From Mobula hypostoma (lineage: Eukaryota), in assembly GCF_963921235.1 (NCBI RefSeq), contig NC_086108.1, positions 99,884,001 to 99,948,000 on the forward strand: a DNA stretch of 64,000 nt. The letters are read 5' to 3'. Under the pieces are notes generated by a model. The model saw only the letters and a list, made by a program, of their open reading frames with translations. It was not told the origin of the DNA and ran no database searches. Position 1 is the first letter of the stretch. Each line of letters begins with the position of its first letter. Both the position numbers and the translations under genes were made by a program. This document shows positions 36,703 through 48,444 of the stretch, piece by piece.

Positions 36703-39609
36703 GCAGAAACTGGTTCGGCACAGCCAAGAAGGGCCAAAAGGCCTGTTTCTGTGCTTTAGTTTCTATGGTTTCAATCAATCCTTGTAACGTGGATCCCAAG
36801 ACTCCTGCACCAAAGGTCTTGCAAATTTCCATAAATGTACAGTAGAGAACATTCTGACAGGTTGCATCAGAGGCTGGGATGCAGGCACAAAAGCATCGAG
36901 TTGCAAGAGGCCTCAGAGGGTTGTGAACTCATCAAGTTCCATCACTGGATCATCCACACAGTCATGGAGAGAATGTACAATCTCCTTACAGGGAGCGACA
37001 GGAATTGAGCCATGACCGCTGGCACTGAAAAGCATTATCCAAGCTGCAAGGCTGCGGTCCTGTTCTATATTTTTTCAGATATAGGTGTCGCAGGCCATTT
37101 TTCCAATTGCCCTTGAAAGGGTGGTGCTGAGTCAACTAATTGAACTGCTGCAATCCTTCTGGTGAAACTACTCCCACAGCACTGTCAGGCAGGGTGTACC
37201 CAACAGTAATAGTAGTGGGATCACTCGAGTTGAGGACAATATTATCCTAAAGGGTTAGTGGGTCGTTAGGTGCAAACCTAATCCCTTAATGGAGGATGGC
37301 AGGGTGCTGTGTGACTCGAAAGGATCCTGAACTCGGTAGTCTTCCAATGCATTTGCTGCCCTTGTCCTTATGGTGGGAGAGGTTATAGGTTTAGACTGTC
37401 GTATGAAGGAGGAACAGAACCTCAGTGGTGCGGGGAACGTATGTTTAGGGAAATGCGAGGGCTACCAATCAAGTGGGCTGTTTTTTCCAGGACAGTGGCC
37501 ACAACCTGAGGATGGGTAGGCCAGTTCCGTTTATGGTCAGTGCTAATGCCTCATTAACTGAGACGACAATGGGTGAGGTACAATCACGGCTGAGAAACGT
37601 CTCTCATTCTTTGACTAAAACTCCAGTGCTTCAAGAGCAGAAGCATCAGCTGTTTGTAAAAATTATTGCCGGGTTTGAAGTTCAAAAGCATCTCTGGAAG
37701 CCTCTGGGGCGTATCATAATGAGGGTAATGATAAATATTATATTGCTATATGCAAACCATCTAATGTCCATACTTAGCCTGTTTGCACAAGTGATCTGCC
37801 AATTCTTATTTCACCGTACGATGAATAAACTGACAGGCGTCGGGTAAGCTAATGGTGAGTGACAGCATTGCATTGTTTTGCAGGAAGTTCTTTGAATAAA
37901 ATGCTTGGGGGTGGCCCTGTTGTAATGTCACTTTGTGGTGAGCGGCAACCAGGGAACATTGTTATTGACAGCGTTTGTCCGGGTGCATTTACTTGTATAT
38001 CTCTGATTCAGAATATTACAAATGAAGCCATGGGCTTCAAACTCAGAATTAATAGGTATATAAATAAGCTAGTGATTTCATTATGTTGCTTCTCAATAGT
38101 TTTCTCATGCTTTAATAGAATCTATTGACTGGTATCTCTGACATTTGGGTTCCAACATGCTAAAGGGTGGAGGATCTGTCTGAAATGTATCTCCCCTAAT
38201 GTTAATTGCAGGACCCTTAATCTACGCACCACGTTAGACGGTTAGTGCAAAGCTACTGCAATTCAGGGCACTGGAGTTCGGAGCCCGATCCCTGTATTCT
38301 CTGTAAGAGTTTTGTACGTCCTCGTCGTGGAATACGTGGGTTTCCTCCGGGTGCTCTGGTTTCCTCCCACAGTCCAAAGCTAATAGGTTAGTTGGTCATT
38401 GTAAATTGTCCCATGATTAAGCTAGGGTTAATTGGCAATGTGGAATGGAGGGGTGGAAAGATGTATTCTGTGATTTATCTCTAAATAAATAAAAACTAAT
38501 TAACTAATGACATTATTGCATGTAAGGTTCTTGGGGTCCAAGTTCATGGCTCCCTAAGGATGAACTTCAGGAAGTAGATAGAATGGTAAAAAAGGCTTGC
38601 CTTCATTGTTTAAGGCATTGAGTAAGGAAGTCATGTTGCAGTCATATAAAACTTTGATTTGATCGCACTTGGTGTAGGGAAGTACAGCACAGTACAAGCT
38701 ATTCATCTCACAATGCTGTGTCGACCCTTCAACCTAACCCTTCCCCAAGATCAACCTAACCCTTCCTCAGGATCAACCTAACCTTTCCCTCCCACATAGC
38801 CCCTCATTTTCTTTATCCATATCCCTATCTGGAATGTCCCTAATATATCTGCCTCTACACCACCCATGGCAGCACATTCCATGCACCTACCATTCTGCGT
38901 AAAAAACCTACCCCTGACATCCCCTTATACTTTCCTCCAATCACCTTAAACTTATACACTCTCATATAAGCTAGTTATGCTCTGGGAAATAGGTGCTATG
39001 CCCACGTTTCCACATTATATTCAATCTAACCGTCCTTGCTCCTTTATGTCCCTTTACATCCTCCCCCCTCAGCCACAATCTCACCTGGCTTTGTACCATC
39101 AGCAAACTTGAAAATATGATGTCTCCATATTGACAGAATCAAAGGCTTTTGGGAGATTGGTAGTGTTCGAAGCACATGTTTGTGCATTCAGTCAATGTCT
39201 GTGATGCGCCTTCAATTACTCCAAAAGACTGGAAGTAGGGTAAATACTGAAAGGCTTTTATTTGCAGTAAAATATGACTTCCAGCATGCTGAGTGTCTGC
39301 CCCTGGACTGAGGAGGAGGGGCAGGGCGAAATCACCTTTATTCAGGGGTCTGTGGGAGGAGCCACAGGGGCAGTCAGCAGAGGGGCGTGTCCAGACAGTT
39401 AACCCAGTTACAACATATATACATGGTTTACCACAGTCTACAAGCAACATGGTCCTCAAGCACCACTGACTCTTGGCCACTTTGCCTCAGAATATGTGGA
39501 TACCAGATTGGCCTCCAAAGCCAACTGAGGAGCCACCAATAGACATCCCTTTGGAGAACATCGTAATCGAGTGATCACACTACCTTATGCAACATGTGAC
39601 AATAACCTG

Positions 39610-40555
39610 TCTTAGTGATGTTGATTCAGGGATTATCATTGGCTAGAATAACAGGGAAGACGCTCAAGCTTTTTCTAAAACTGATTCCAAGAGATTTAGC
39701 TCTTGCGGGATGGTGGCACGGCTAGTAGAGTAGATGACTTATTGTACCAGAGTGCCTGGTTCAATCCCGACCTTGGGAGTTATCCCTGTGGAGTTTGTGA
39801 GTTCCCCATGTGATTACATGCGTTATGTCCGAATGCTCCAGTTTGCTCCAGCATCTCAAAGAGCATAGAGCCTAGAAATATACCACAGTTCGGTAGAGCA
39901 CAAGAACAGGCCCTTTTGGCCCACAGTGTGCACTGAACTAATTAAGCTAATGATACCTAAACAGGAGAAAGTCTGCAGATGCTGGAAATTGAAAGCAACA
40001 CACTGAAAATGCTGGAGGAACTCAGCAGATCAGACAGCATCTTTGGAAATGAATGGATAGTCGACGTTGGTACCTAATCTCTTTGTTTTGCACACGATCC
40101 ATAACCTTCCACTCTCTGCACATTCATGGGCCTTTCCAAGAGCCACTTAAACATTTCTGCCTTCACCACCTCCCCATCAGCACATCCCAGGCACCCACTA
40201 TTCTATGTTTTAAAAAAAACCCTGCCCCACACATCTCCTTTGAAATTTTGTCCTCTCACCCTAAACGTAATTTGCCTCTAGAGTGTAGATGAGAGGTAGA
40301 ATCTGGAGAAAGATTAGATTAATCTAGGATTGATGTAAATGGGTGGTTGATGGCTAGTGTGGACTCATTAGTCCGAAGGCCTTTTTCCGTCTGACCCCAG
40401 CTGCGACTTGTGAGGGCAAACAGGATCTCGGTTTAATTTCTCATCCGAAAGACAGCATTTCCAACAGAAAGCTCTCGCTCACACTGCGCAGAAGCATCAG
40501 GCTACATTTTTGTGTTCAGTTTTCCGGAGTTGAGATTTCGGTCTCAGAATGTGCT
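39610..40555 (-). mobile_element. DeuSINE (SacSINE1/AmnSINE-like), split by nested insertions
   Basis: GTGATGTTGATTCAGGGATTATCATTGGCTAGAA (39614-) and GAGGGCAAACAGGATCTCGGTTTAATTTCTCATCCGAAAGACAGCA (40412-) resemble the reverse complement of the Deu domain. The intervening ~39705-40395 is an HE1 SINE, a CR1 tail and a Penelope piece. Confidence 0.6.
39961..40070 (-). mobile_element. 110-bp Penelope terminal fragment
   Basis: Reverse complement of the family tail, flanked by TACCTAA at 39954-39960 and 40071-40077. Confidence 0.75.
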
Positions 40556-40904
40556 CATCCCTATTCCATACACTCAGCACAATAAATGTCCGCGCTTTGG
40601 ATTATAAATCAGTTCTTAACATCTAATCTTCTTTGTATCTGCACTGAAAAGCAGCATGTCTGATCACTGCCTCTCAACCCTGACTAATTATCCACCAGAG
40701 GCTTAAATTTATTGTCCCCATCAGGCCTCTTATGCACAGGACACTATTGTTTCAATTAAGGAAAGTTGGTGTTCTTGGCTCTTGTAAGATTGAACAGTGC
40801 AGCATTCTTTTTTATTGCGCAAAGCTTATTTCCTTGCTAACAGAGCAAGTTGGTCAGGAACCACAGAATGCGAGTTTAAGCGATTGTCAAAAGAATCATC
40901 AACG

Positions 40905-41970
40905 AGATAGAGTCATAGAATACTACAGCTCAAAAGCAGGCTCTTTGGCCCATCTAGTCTGTGCCGAACTATGTATTGTGTTGCCTTGTCGCATTGTACC
41001 CAGACCAAAGCCCAACCATCCACCTGTCTTAAATGTTGCGATCGAACCCACATCCATCAATTCCACTGGCAGCTCGTTCCACACTCTCCGCCCTCCTCTG
41101 AGTGAAGAAGTTTGCTCTCAAGTTCCCTTATAAACATTTTACCTTTCACTCTTAACCTACGATCTGTAATTCTACTCTCACCCACTACTTGCTGCGCGTG
41201 GTGGTAGAACTGGTTAAAACAGGGCCGCGATGTGCACGCTTTTACCTTGGCAAACACCAAAGGCCCATATATCCTGGAAGGTAGCACTCCCCGTGATATA
41301 AGAAGAACGGTAGCCAGCAAGAAAGAATGACTCCATCAGACATTAGATGAGAGGCATCCTCTACATGGTCATACACCTACACCCAGCCGCCTAAAGTCAA
41401 GGAAGAGCATCATGAACAGTGTTGTTCCATTACAATCAACCCCATCTGAAACCCGCATCGCCTTGTGGAAAGACCAGCTCGCCAGTCTCAAACAACCCCC
41501 AACGATGGAATTTCCACCGGATGAAAGCCTTCCCCCAGGAGCTAATTGCAACTGGGCAACCTGGAAGTGCCTTAACAGACTTAGGACTGGTGTAGGTCAT
41601 TCAAAGTTGTCACTAAGCAAATAGGAATATACAACCAGCCCGACAACTTGTGAATGTGGAACTGAGCCACAAACTATGCAACATCTCCTGCAATGCCCAT
41701 CGCTAGAGGAACCCTGCACTGTTGCAAGTCTTGCCGAATTCAACAACAAGGTGCTAAAATGTGTCCAGTTCTGGCTGGGCCGTGTATAGACTGTCCGAGG
41801 ACATGATAAGAAGAAGAAGTCTCACCCAACCTCAGTGGAAAAAGCCTGCTTGCATTTGCCATATCTCTACCCCTCATGATTTTGTATACTTCTATCAAAT
41901 CTCCTCGCATTCTCCTGCACTCTAGGGAATAAAGTTGTAACCTGTTCAATCTCTCCCTATAACTCAGATG
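40905..41970 (-). mobile_element. CR1 LINE 3' end (host of Vingi insertion)
   Basis: ORF 41740..41997 LSYRERLNRLQLYSLECRRMRGDLIEVYKIM. Tail at ~40905. Confidence 0.85.
41185..41819 (+). mobile_element. Vingi/Ingi-clade LINE 3' fragment
   Basis: WATWKCLNRLRTGVGHSK then CECGTEPQTMQHLLQCP. (AAG)n tail. TSD TCTCACCCA at 41176-41184 and 41820-41828. Confidence 0.8.
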
Positions 41971-42177
41971 GGAAGTGTTTTCTTTTATGCAACACATTGT
42001 GACTTATAATTCACTGACTGAAGGATTGGTGGGAGCAGATTTAATATGAACTTTCAAATGAGGCTTGAAAGAACAAGTGACTGTAGATGCTGGAATGTGG
42101 AGCCAATCTGCTGCAGTATGATTCCTTTGCTCCAAAATGGTTCTGGATATATGGCTGAGATGGAAGTGTGTGGTATC

Positions 42178-42660
42178 TAGATAGATAGATAGATAGATAT
42201 ACTTTAATGATCCTGAGGGAAATTGGGTTTTGTTACAGCTGCACCAACTAAGAATAGAGCATAAATATAGCAATACAAAAACCACAAACAATCGAACAAC
42301 AATATGCAAACTATGCCAGATGGAAATAAGTCCAGGACCAGCCTATTGGCTCAGGGTGTCTGACCTTCCACGGGAGGAGCTGCAAAGTTCGATGGCCACA
42401 GGCAGGAACAACCTCCCGTGACGCCCAGTGTTGTATCTCGGTGGAATATGGCCGGAGTCCAACAGCAAAAAGTTCAATATCCGGTCTACAAACACGTTCC
42501 TCGATCGTAATATGACCGGGATTGCACCATCCGTTGTTAACCAGAACAGCAAGCCCCCAACTCCTTTACGCTCACCGCTCTCAGTGCACTTCCAGTCAGC
42601 CCGAACGGTCTGGAAGCCGTCCATGGAAAAGTTTTGGTCGGATCTGTCCTCGTACAGCCC
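42178..42660 (-). mobile_element. Internally deleted Rex1/Babar element
   Basis: (ATAG)n tail. In ORF 42343..42804 the APE segment (DGFQTVRADWKCTESGERKG) joins directly to the C-terminus (PRYNTGRHGRLFLPVAIEL). Confidence 0.7.
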
Positions 42661-43663
42661 CAACCATGATTTTGTTCCTCCCGTGACTGTTGCACCCAAA
42701 ACTATCCAGATCAATAGCATACCTAAAGAAACTTGAAAAGAAATTTTAAAAATTCTGCAGGAAAGCAGAGGATTGGAAAGAATTAGCTGTTTCATTGATT
42801 CCAATAGTGTGGACTGAACAGCCTTTATTCTTGATGTTTAATTGCAATGTTCAAGAGGAGTTTGGATGGCTACGTGAATGGGAGGAGTGTGAAAGGCTAA
42901 GGTACAGATGTGGGTCGACAGGACTAGGCAGAATAACAGGTCAGTTTGGGATAGATGGGCCAAAGAGCTTGCTCGATGACTCTATATCTTTTTCCGTCAT
43001 TAGCTTTCCTCTGGACAGCACTGCAATCTGCTCTGAGTCCAGCAATCTGAGTTCGATCCTGACCTCTGGTGCCGTCTGTGTGGAGTTTGTGTTTTCTCCC
43101 TGTAACTATGTTCAAAATTCAATGTAAATTTATTATCAAAGTACATATTTGTCAGCATAATACTCCCTTGGGATTCATTTTCTTGTGGGCATTCACAGCA
43201 TGGCATGATAATCGACCACTGCAGACAGGAGACTCTGGAAGGGCTAATGGGCATGTGAGAGAAAATAGATTTCAGGGCAATAATGGCAGAAAGGGATTGA
43301 TGGAAATGCCTCGAGAGCTGGCATGGACTTGATGGAACAAATGGCCTTCTATCATGTCATTAAGAAGGAAATTAAGAGATATGAGGTAGTGCTGGGAAAG
43401 GGAGTTGTGATAGAAGCTCAGCCATGATCTCAGTGAATGATGGAGGAAGCACAATGCTTCTATTCTACTTGTTCTTGTTGCTGCATACTTGCTCATAGAC
43501 TCACTCGCTCCAATGGTCTGGCACTGGAAGTCCCACTGGACCCAGACGACCTGCACCCCGCTGGTTTCAGGCATGAGGTCAATACAGCACAGCTAGCAGA
43601 TCATCCAGCCCAATTCAAGGTGCCCACTTAAGCTAGTCCCATTTGGCCTATATCCCTCTAAAC

Positions 43664-43744
43664 CGGGGGTTCCCAACCAGTTTTATGCCATGGACGCCTT
43701 ACCATTAACCATGAGCTCATTTGGCCCTAGGTTGGGAACCCCTG
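43664..43744. mobile_element. 81-bp hAT MITE with perfect 8-bp TSD
   Basis: TIRs CGGGGGTTCCCAACC / GGTTGGGAACCCCTG. CTCTAAAC at 43656-43663 and 43745-43752. Confidence 0.9.
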
Positions 43745-43819
43745 CTCTAAACCCTTCCTCTCCATGTCTCCTGATTTCCTGAGGTCTTTTAAATGTTCTT
43801 ATTGTAATTATTTTAACTA

Positions 43820-44090
43820 CACTTCATTCCCCCCACCCCACCAGCTCCTTACTTCATCCCCACTTCTCACCTGGTTTCACCTGTCACCTGTCAGTTTGTA
43901 TTCCTTCCCCTCTCCTCTACCTTTTTATTCTGGCTTCTGTCCTCTTCCTTTCCAGTCCTGATGAAAGACCTCAGTCTGAAACGTTGACTGCTTATTCTCC
44001 CTCCGTAGATGCTGCCTGACCTGTTGAGTTCCTCCAGCATTTTTGTGTGCTTTTCGAGAATCTGAGCATCTGCAAAATCTCTTTTGTTTA
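43820..44090 (+). mobile_element. Penelope terminal fragment
   Basis: Pyrimidine-rich segment, hammerhead, then GATGCTGCCTGACCTGTTGAGTTCCTCCAGCAT. Colinear with 2500-2768. Confidence 0.8.
43953..43990 (+). ncRNA. Minimal type-I hammerhead ribozyme (Penelope-associated), intact core
   Basis: CAGTC-CTGATGA-A-AGAC(CTCA)GTCT-GAAAC-GTT-GACTG. Stem I CAGTC/GACTG, stem II AGAC/GTCT, loopless palindromic stem III (AACGTT), cleavage triplet GUU. Confidence 0.75.
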
Positions 44091-45244
44091 TGCCTTAACT
44101 ACCCTCTCTGGCAACTCAATCCATAAAAGTAAAACGAATACCATCCTCAGTATGAAGAAGTTACTTCTCCGGTCCTTTTTAAATCTTTCCCTTTCACCTT
44201 TGCCCTAAAGTTTTTGTTTTTTTTTCCCTGGAAAAAAAGAATAAGTGCATTCATCCTTTCTATGCCCGTCCTGACCATACACCTCTGAACCTCTATAATT
44301 TTCAGTCTCCTACACTCCACGAAAGAGCAGCCCTAACCTACCCAACCTCTCCCTATGACTCAAATCCTCAAGTCCTGATCATCCCAGGCTAACCTAATCC
44401 ATCTATCTCTGAAGTGGGAGTGGCCCTCAGCAGTCTGCAGCATACATGACGCGTCAGGCTTGAAGAAGTCAGAGGGGTCACGAGCACCCATAATGCGGAT
44501 CCCAAACATTTGAAGCACCCACTTCAAATCCTGCACCTCATTTGTATTCCGCGACCCTCAAGAAGCTTCAGTAAATGACCGGTGCTTTGCAAATTGATCA
44601 CAACTTGTTCCTGAGCTGTAAAATCTTCATGACACCCCAACGACCTGACATGTGGTAATTAGAGAGGGCAATCCTTTAGATGTTTGGCTGCCTGATCAGA
44701 TGCCAGAGCCTCTGCCAAATAAGCTTTATTCTGTGCAGGCACTCAATTAAGAAAAAGTCTTTGTAACCAAAATCCACCTTATTTTAAGTGCTCTAGGCAC
44801 ATTTTTATTATTTAACTGAATTGGATTACCAGTGTAAATACACATCAATTACTAATTGTCCGGGTCTGTTCATTAACTGGATATTGAATTACCAATTGAT
44901 TGGCACTGTAAACGAAGAGGCTGGAAAGCTTGTGTGAAACAAGTTGCAAGTGCGTCACCTTCCTTTGTTAGGTTGCAATACGTCTTACAGACATGATTTA
45001 AATTGAACTTTTTTTTGAAAATCACCTGCTTTATTTTTGAAGGTGACCAGATGAATGAATACTTCTGTCACAAAGTTTGAAACAAGATATTAATAAAATA
45101 ATAATATTAATAATTTTATAACAATATAAAATAATACTAATAATAACAAAGGATCTCGGCTTGAAGCATTGACTTATAACCCACTGACTGAAGGTGGGAG
45201 CAGATTTGGTGTTAACTTTCAAAAAGGGCTTGGAGGAATGAGCT

Positions 45245-45500
45245 AGTGTCCATTCCTTTCCATAGATGCCGCTTGAATTGACCTGCTGAGCTCTACAGTG
45301 ATGCACACAAAATGCTGGAGGGAGTCTGCAGGTCAGGCTGCACCTATGGAAAGGAATAATGCATCGGTGTTTCAGGCTGAGACCCTTCTTCGGGACCGGG
45401 AAGGAAGGGGGAAGGAAGTCCGAGTATGGGGAGGAGGAAAGGGGAAGGAGTACAAGCTAGAAGCTGCTGAGTTCCTCCAGCAATCTGTGTGTGTGACCAT
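45245..45500. mobile_element. Penelope fragment with an inverted Penelope fragment inside
   Basis: A + strand tail is interrupted by a minus-strand copy with a degenerate hammerhead (~45365-45400). CTGCTGAG is duplicated at 45283-45290 and 45464-45471. Confidence 0.6.
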
Positions 45501-45984
45501 TGTGAAACTGTTATAATGATAAATTTAAAACAAATAACCTGGATTGTCAGGATGACTGCCTGCCAGAACAACCGGGCACTTAACAGGGATTTTCAATCGC
45601 AAAATAAAAGCTGACTGAATCAGTGGAACAATGCCGGGAAGCTTTCTCCTGGTGTTTATTTAAATAAGTAATGGTCAGCCCGTCACCGTCTGATTAGCCG
45701 CTGCTGTCCAATAACACGGTAGCTGCAGCGAAATTAGTTCAAACAGCATGCGCAGACATAACTCGTGACCCCTGCATCAGGACTGATACAAGAAGCTTTC
45801 AGACAAAATTACTTACAAGTGCCAGGGAGCCACAAAGGGTCACTTTGCTTAAAAGTGGGCTAGCCTTTGTGACTAGATGTACTTAAGACAAGACAAGGCC
45901 TGGCACTGGTTTACTTGTACCACATAGGCTGCTGTGAGGAGAAGCTTCAATTACACTGAGCATTAGTGGGATAGCGTTATAAGA

Positions 45985-47620
45985 CAATAAGATCATTTGA
46001 CATAGAAGAAGAGTTAGGCCATTTGGCCCACTGAATCTGCGACACCTTTCCATCATGACTGATTTATTATCCCTCTCAACCCCGTTCTCCTGCCTTCTCC
46101 CCATAACCTTTAACACATTTACTAATCAAGAATCTATTAAACTCTGTTTAAGTATTCCCAATTACTTGGCCTCTACAGCCATCTGTGGCAATGAATTTCA
46201 AAGATTCCACACCCTCTGGTTGAAGAAATTCCTCCTTACCTCTGTTCTTGTATCCCGAGGCAGTGGCTGCTGTGGGATCTGTAGTAAAATTCCATCGGAG
46301 TGATAGCACCTTCCTATTTCTGAGTTGTACCCGTGTATTGGATGAGCCCTCCAATATGTCCCCTCTGAACGCAACTGTGATATTGTCCACGATTAGTAAT
46401 GCAATTCTCCCATCTCTTTTACCGCGCCCTCTACGGTTACGGATCGCGCAACCCGCCTGGGTCGTAGGGGCACTGTACAGGTAGGTACTGCACCAGTTGC
46501 CTCCATCTCTCACAGTTGTGGGTGAGTGCCTGGGTTGCTGCAAAGCTCTCTCCGGTCCACTCTGCAATGTTGTCTGTCCATTTCCTCCTCTGTCTGCCCC
46601 TCGCTCTTTTCCCCTGCACCGTTCCCCGAAGAATGGTCTTTGAGGGTCCACTTGATCTTGTTATGAGGCCATACCAGCTCAACTTCCTGTTCAAAACCCT
46701 GGGACACTAAAACCCATCTCTGTCCCTCTCTCAACCAAGTCTCCGTAATGGCCACAACATCATGGTTCCAGGTATTGATCTATGCTCTAAGTTCATCATC
46801 TTTACCCATAATACTCCTAGCATTAAAATTCACACACTCTAAACTATCCTCCTATCATATCTATTACCTTGCTCCTGCCTTTTTAATTGGCCCTGCCATC
46901 TGCCTTCCTCTCATCCCTCCAGTTTCTGACCTGGTTCTCTGCATCCCATTCCCCTGCTAAACTAGTTGAAACCCTCCTTAGTAGCATTAGCAAACTTCCC
47001 AGCCAGTTTAGGTGTAATCCATCCCTTTTGTACAGGTCATCCATGCCACGAGGAGGTAGCAATGATCCAAGAACCTGAAACCTACTCATTCATCTGTACT
47101 GTCTCCTTTTTGTGCCCTGGCTACCATGTAGTACCAGGAGTAATCCTGAGATTACTACCTTAATGGTGCTGTACTTCCCTGCACTCTCTGTGCAAGACCT
47201 CTTCCCCCTTTCTACCTATGCCGTTGATGCTGATGTCCATCACAGTGTCTGGCTGCTCACCCTCTGCCTTGAGGATATTCTGCAGCCACTCCAAGACATC
47301 TTGGACCCTAGCACCTGGGAGGCAACATGCCATCCTGGCATTTTTTCAAGGCCAGAGAATTTCCTATCCATCTCTCTAACTATTGAGTTTCTTATTGCTA
47401 TCACTGTGGCTGAATTTACCTTTCCCTGCTGAGCGTTAGAGCTGATCTTAGAGCTACTGGCCTGGCTGCAGCTGTGTCCCAAAACAGTATCCAAAGAACC
47501 TTGCATTCTCGGGATAATTCATCAGAACCTCCTCTGGACCCTCTCCAATGCCAGCACATACTTTCTTAAATAAGATGCCCAAAACTACTCACAGTACTCT
47601 GACTGCAATCTGACCAAGGG
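45985..47620 (-). mobile_element. CR1 fragments (3' tail plus older ORF1-esterase/APE region)
   Basis: Minus-strand ORFs give AITETWLREGQ, YKRDGLHLNW and VIAIRNSIVREMDRKF. CR1 tail at ~45985-46250. Confidence 0.75.
46432..46690 (-). mobile_element. RTE (BovB-like) LINE 3' end
   Basis: ORF 46437..46694 RKLSWYGLITRSSGPSKTILRGTVQGKRARGRQRRKWTDNIAEWTG..RWRQLV. Confidence 0.85.
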
Positions 47621-47799
47621 AGCCTCTCACATCGTTTTTGCACATGGCACTGTTTCCCACTCATTGTCTTAAATTTAATACATTTAAAAATGATATATTA
47701 TAGATTTATTTATTTGAGATTTGGAAATATATGGTGTTATAATAGTCCCAAGGATGAGGGATTTCTATGCTTGGAGAAATTGCAGCTGTTTAAAGAATC

Positions 47800-48322
47800 T
47801 AAGTGGCCAATTTATTAAGTACACCTGTACACTTGCTTGTTAATACAAACATGTAAAATAATGTGACAACAATTCAATTGCATAAAAGCATGCAGACATG
47901 GTCAAGAGGTTCAGTTATAATTCAGACAAAGTACCAGAATAGGTAAGAAATGTGATCTAAGTGACTTTGACTGCAGAATGATTGTTGGTGCCAGATGAGG
48001 TGGTTTGAGTATCTGAGAAACTGCTGAGTTTCTGGGATTTTCACACACAACAGTCTCTAGTTTACAGAGAATGGTATGAAAAACAAAAAAAAATCCAGTA
48101 AGTGGTAGTTCTGTGGGTGAAAACGCCTTGTTAATGAGAGAGGTTCAAACTGACAGGAAGGCGACAGTAACTCAAATAACCACCCATTACAACAGTGGTG
48201 TGCAGAAGAGCACCTTTGAACACATAACATGTCGCACCTTGAAGTGGATGGATGACAGCAGCAGAAGACAGTGAACATACGCTCAGTGGCTACTTTTTTA
48301 CGTACAGGAGGTGCCTAATAAT
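47800..48322 (+). mobile_element. Non-autonomous Tc1 element
   Basis: AGTGGCCAATTTATTAAGTACACCTG start. KKCDLSDFDCRMIVGAR-like remnant. Same family as 5224-5795. Confidence 0.85.
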
Positions 48323-48444
48323 AATCTGGAAGCCACTGCCTATAGGGATAATGAATTCAGAGTCTATCAGCATCTGTGACAGAAAATTGAAGAGAAACTT
48401 GAAAGGAAACTTTTGCGAGACTGTGGAGGAAAGTATAGGAGAAT

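Larger units (their letters stand above)
32601..36774 (+). mobile_element. Near-full-length CR1 LINE (ORF1 zinc finger/leucine zipper + SGNH esterase; ORF2 APE + RT)
   Basis: Continuous domain order from CSSCRMW..CKKC to the terminal CR1 motif FFRQRVVGVWNELP..DRYMD. Ends in the tail GGGCCAAAAGGCCTGTTTCTGTGCTTTAGTTTCTATGGTTTC. Confidence 0.95.

Noticed and set aside
38729..38792. 3 x 22-bp tandem with CCTAACCC (telomere-like)
   Set aside because: Local duplication within a CR1 3' UTR; not a (TTAGGG)n array.
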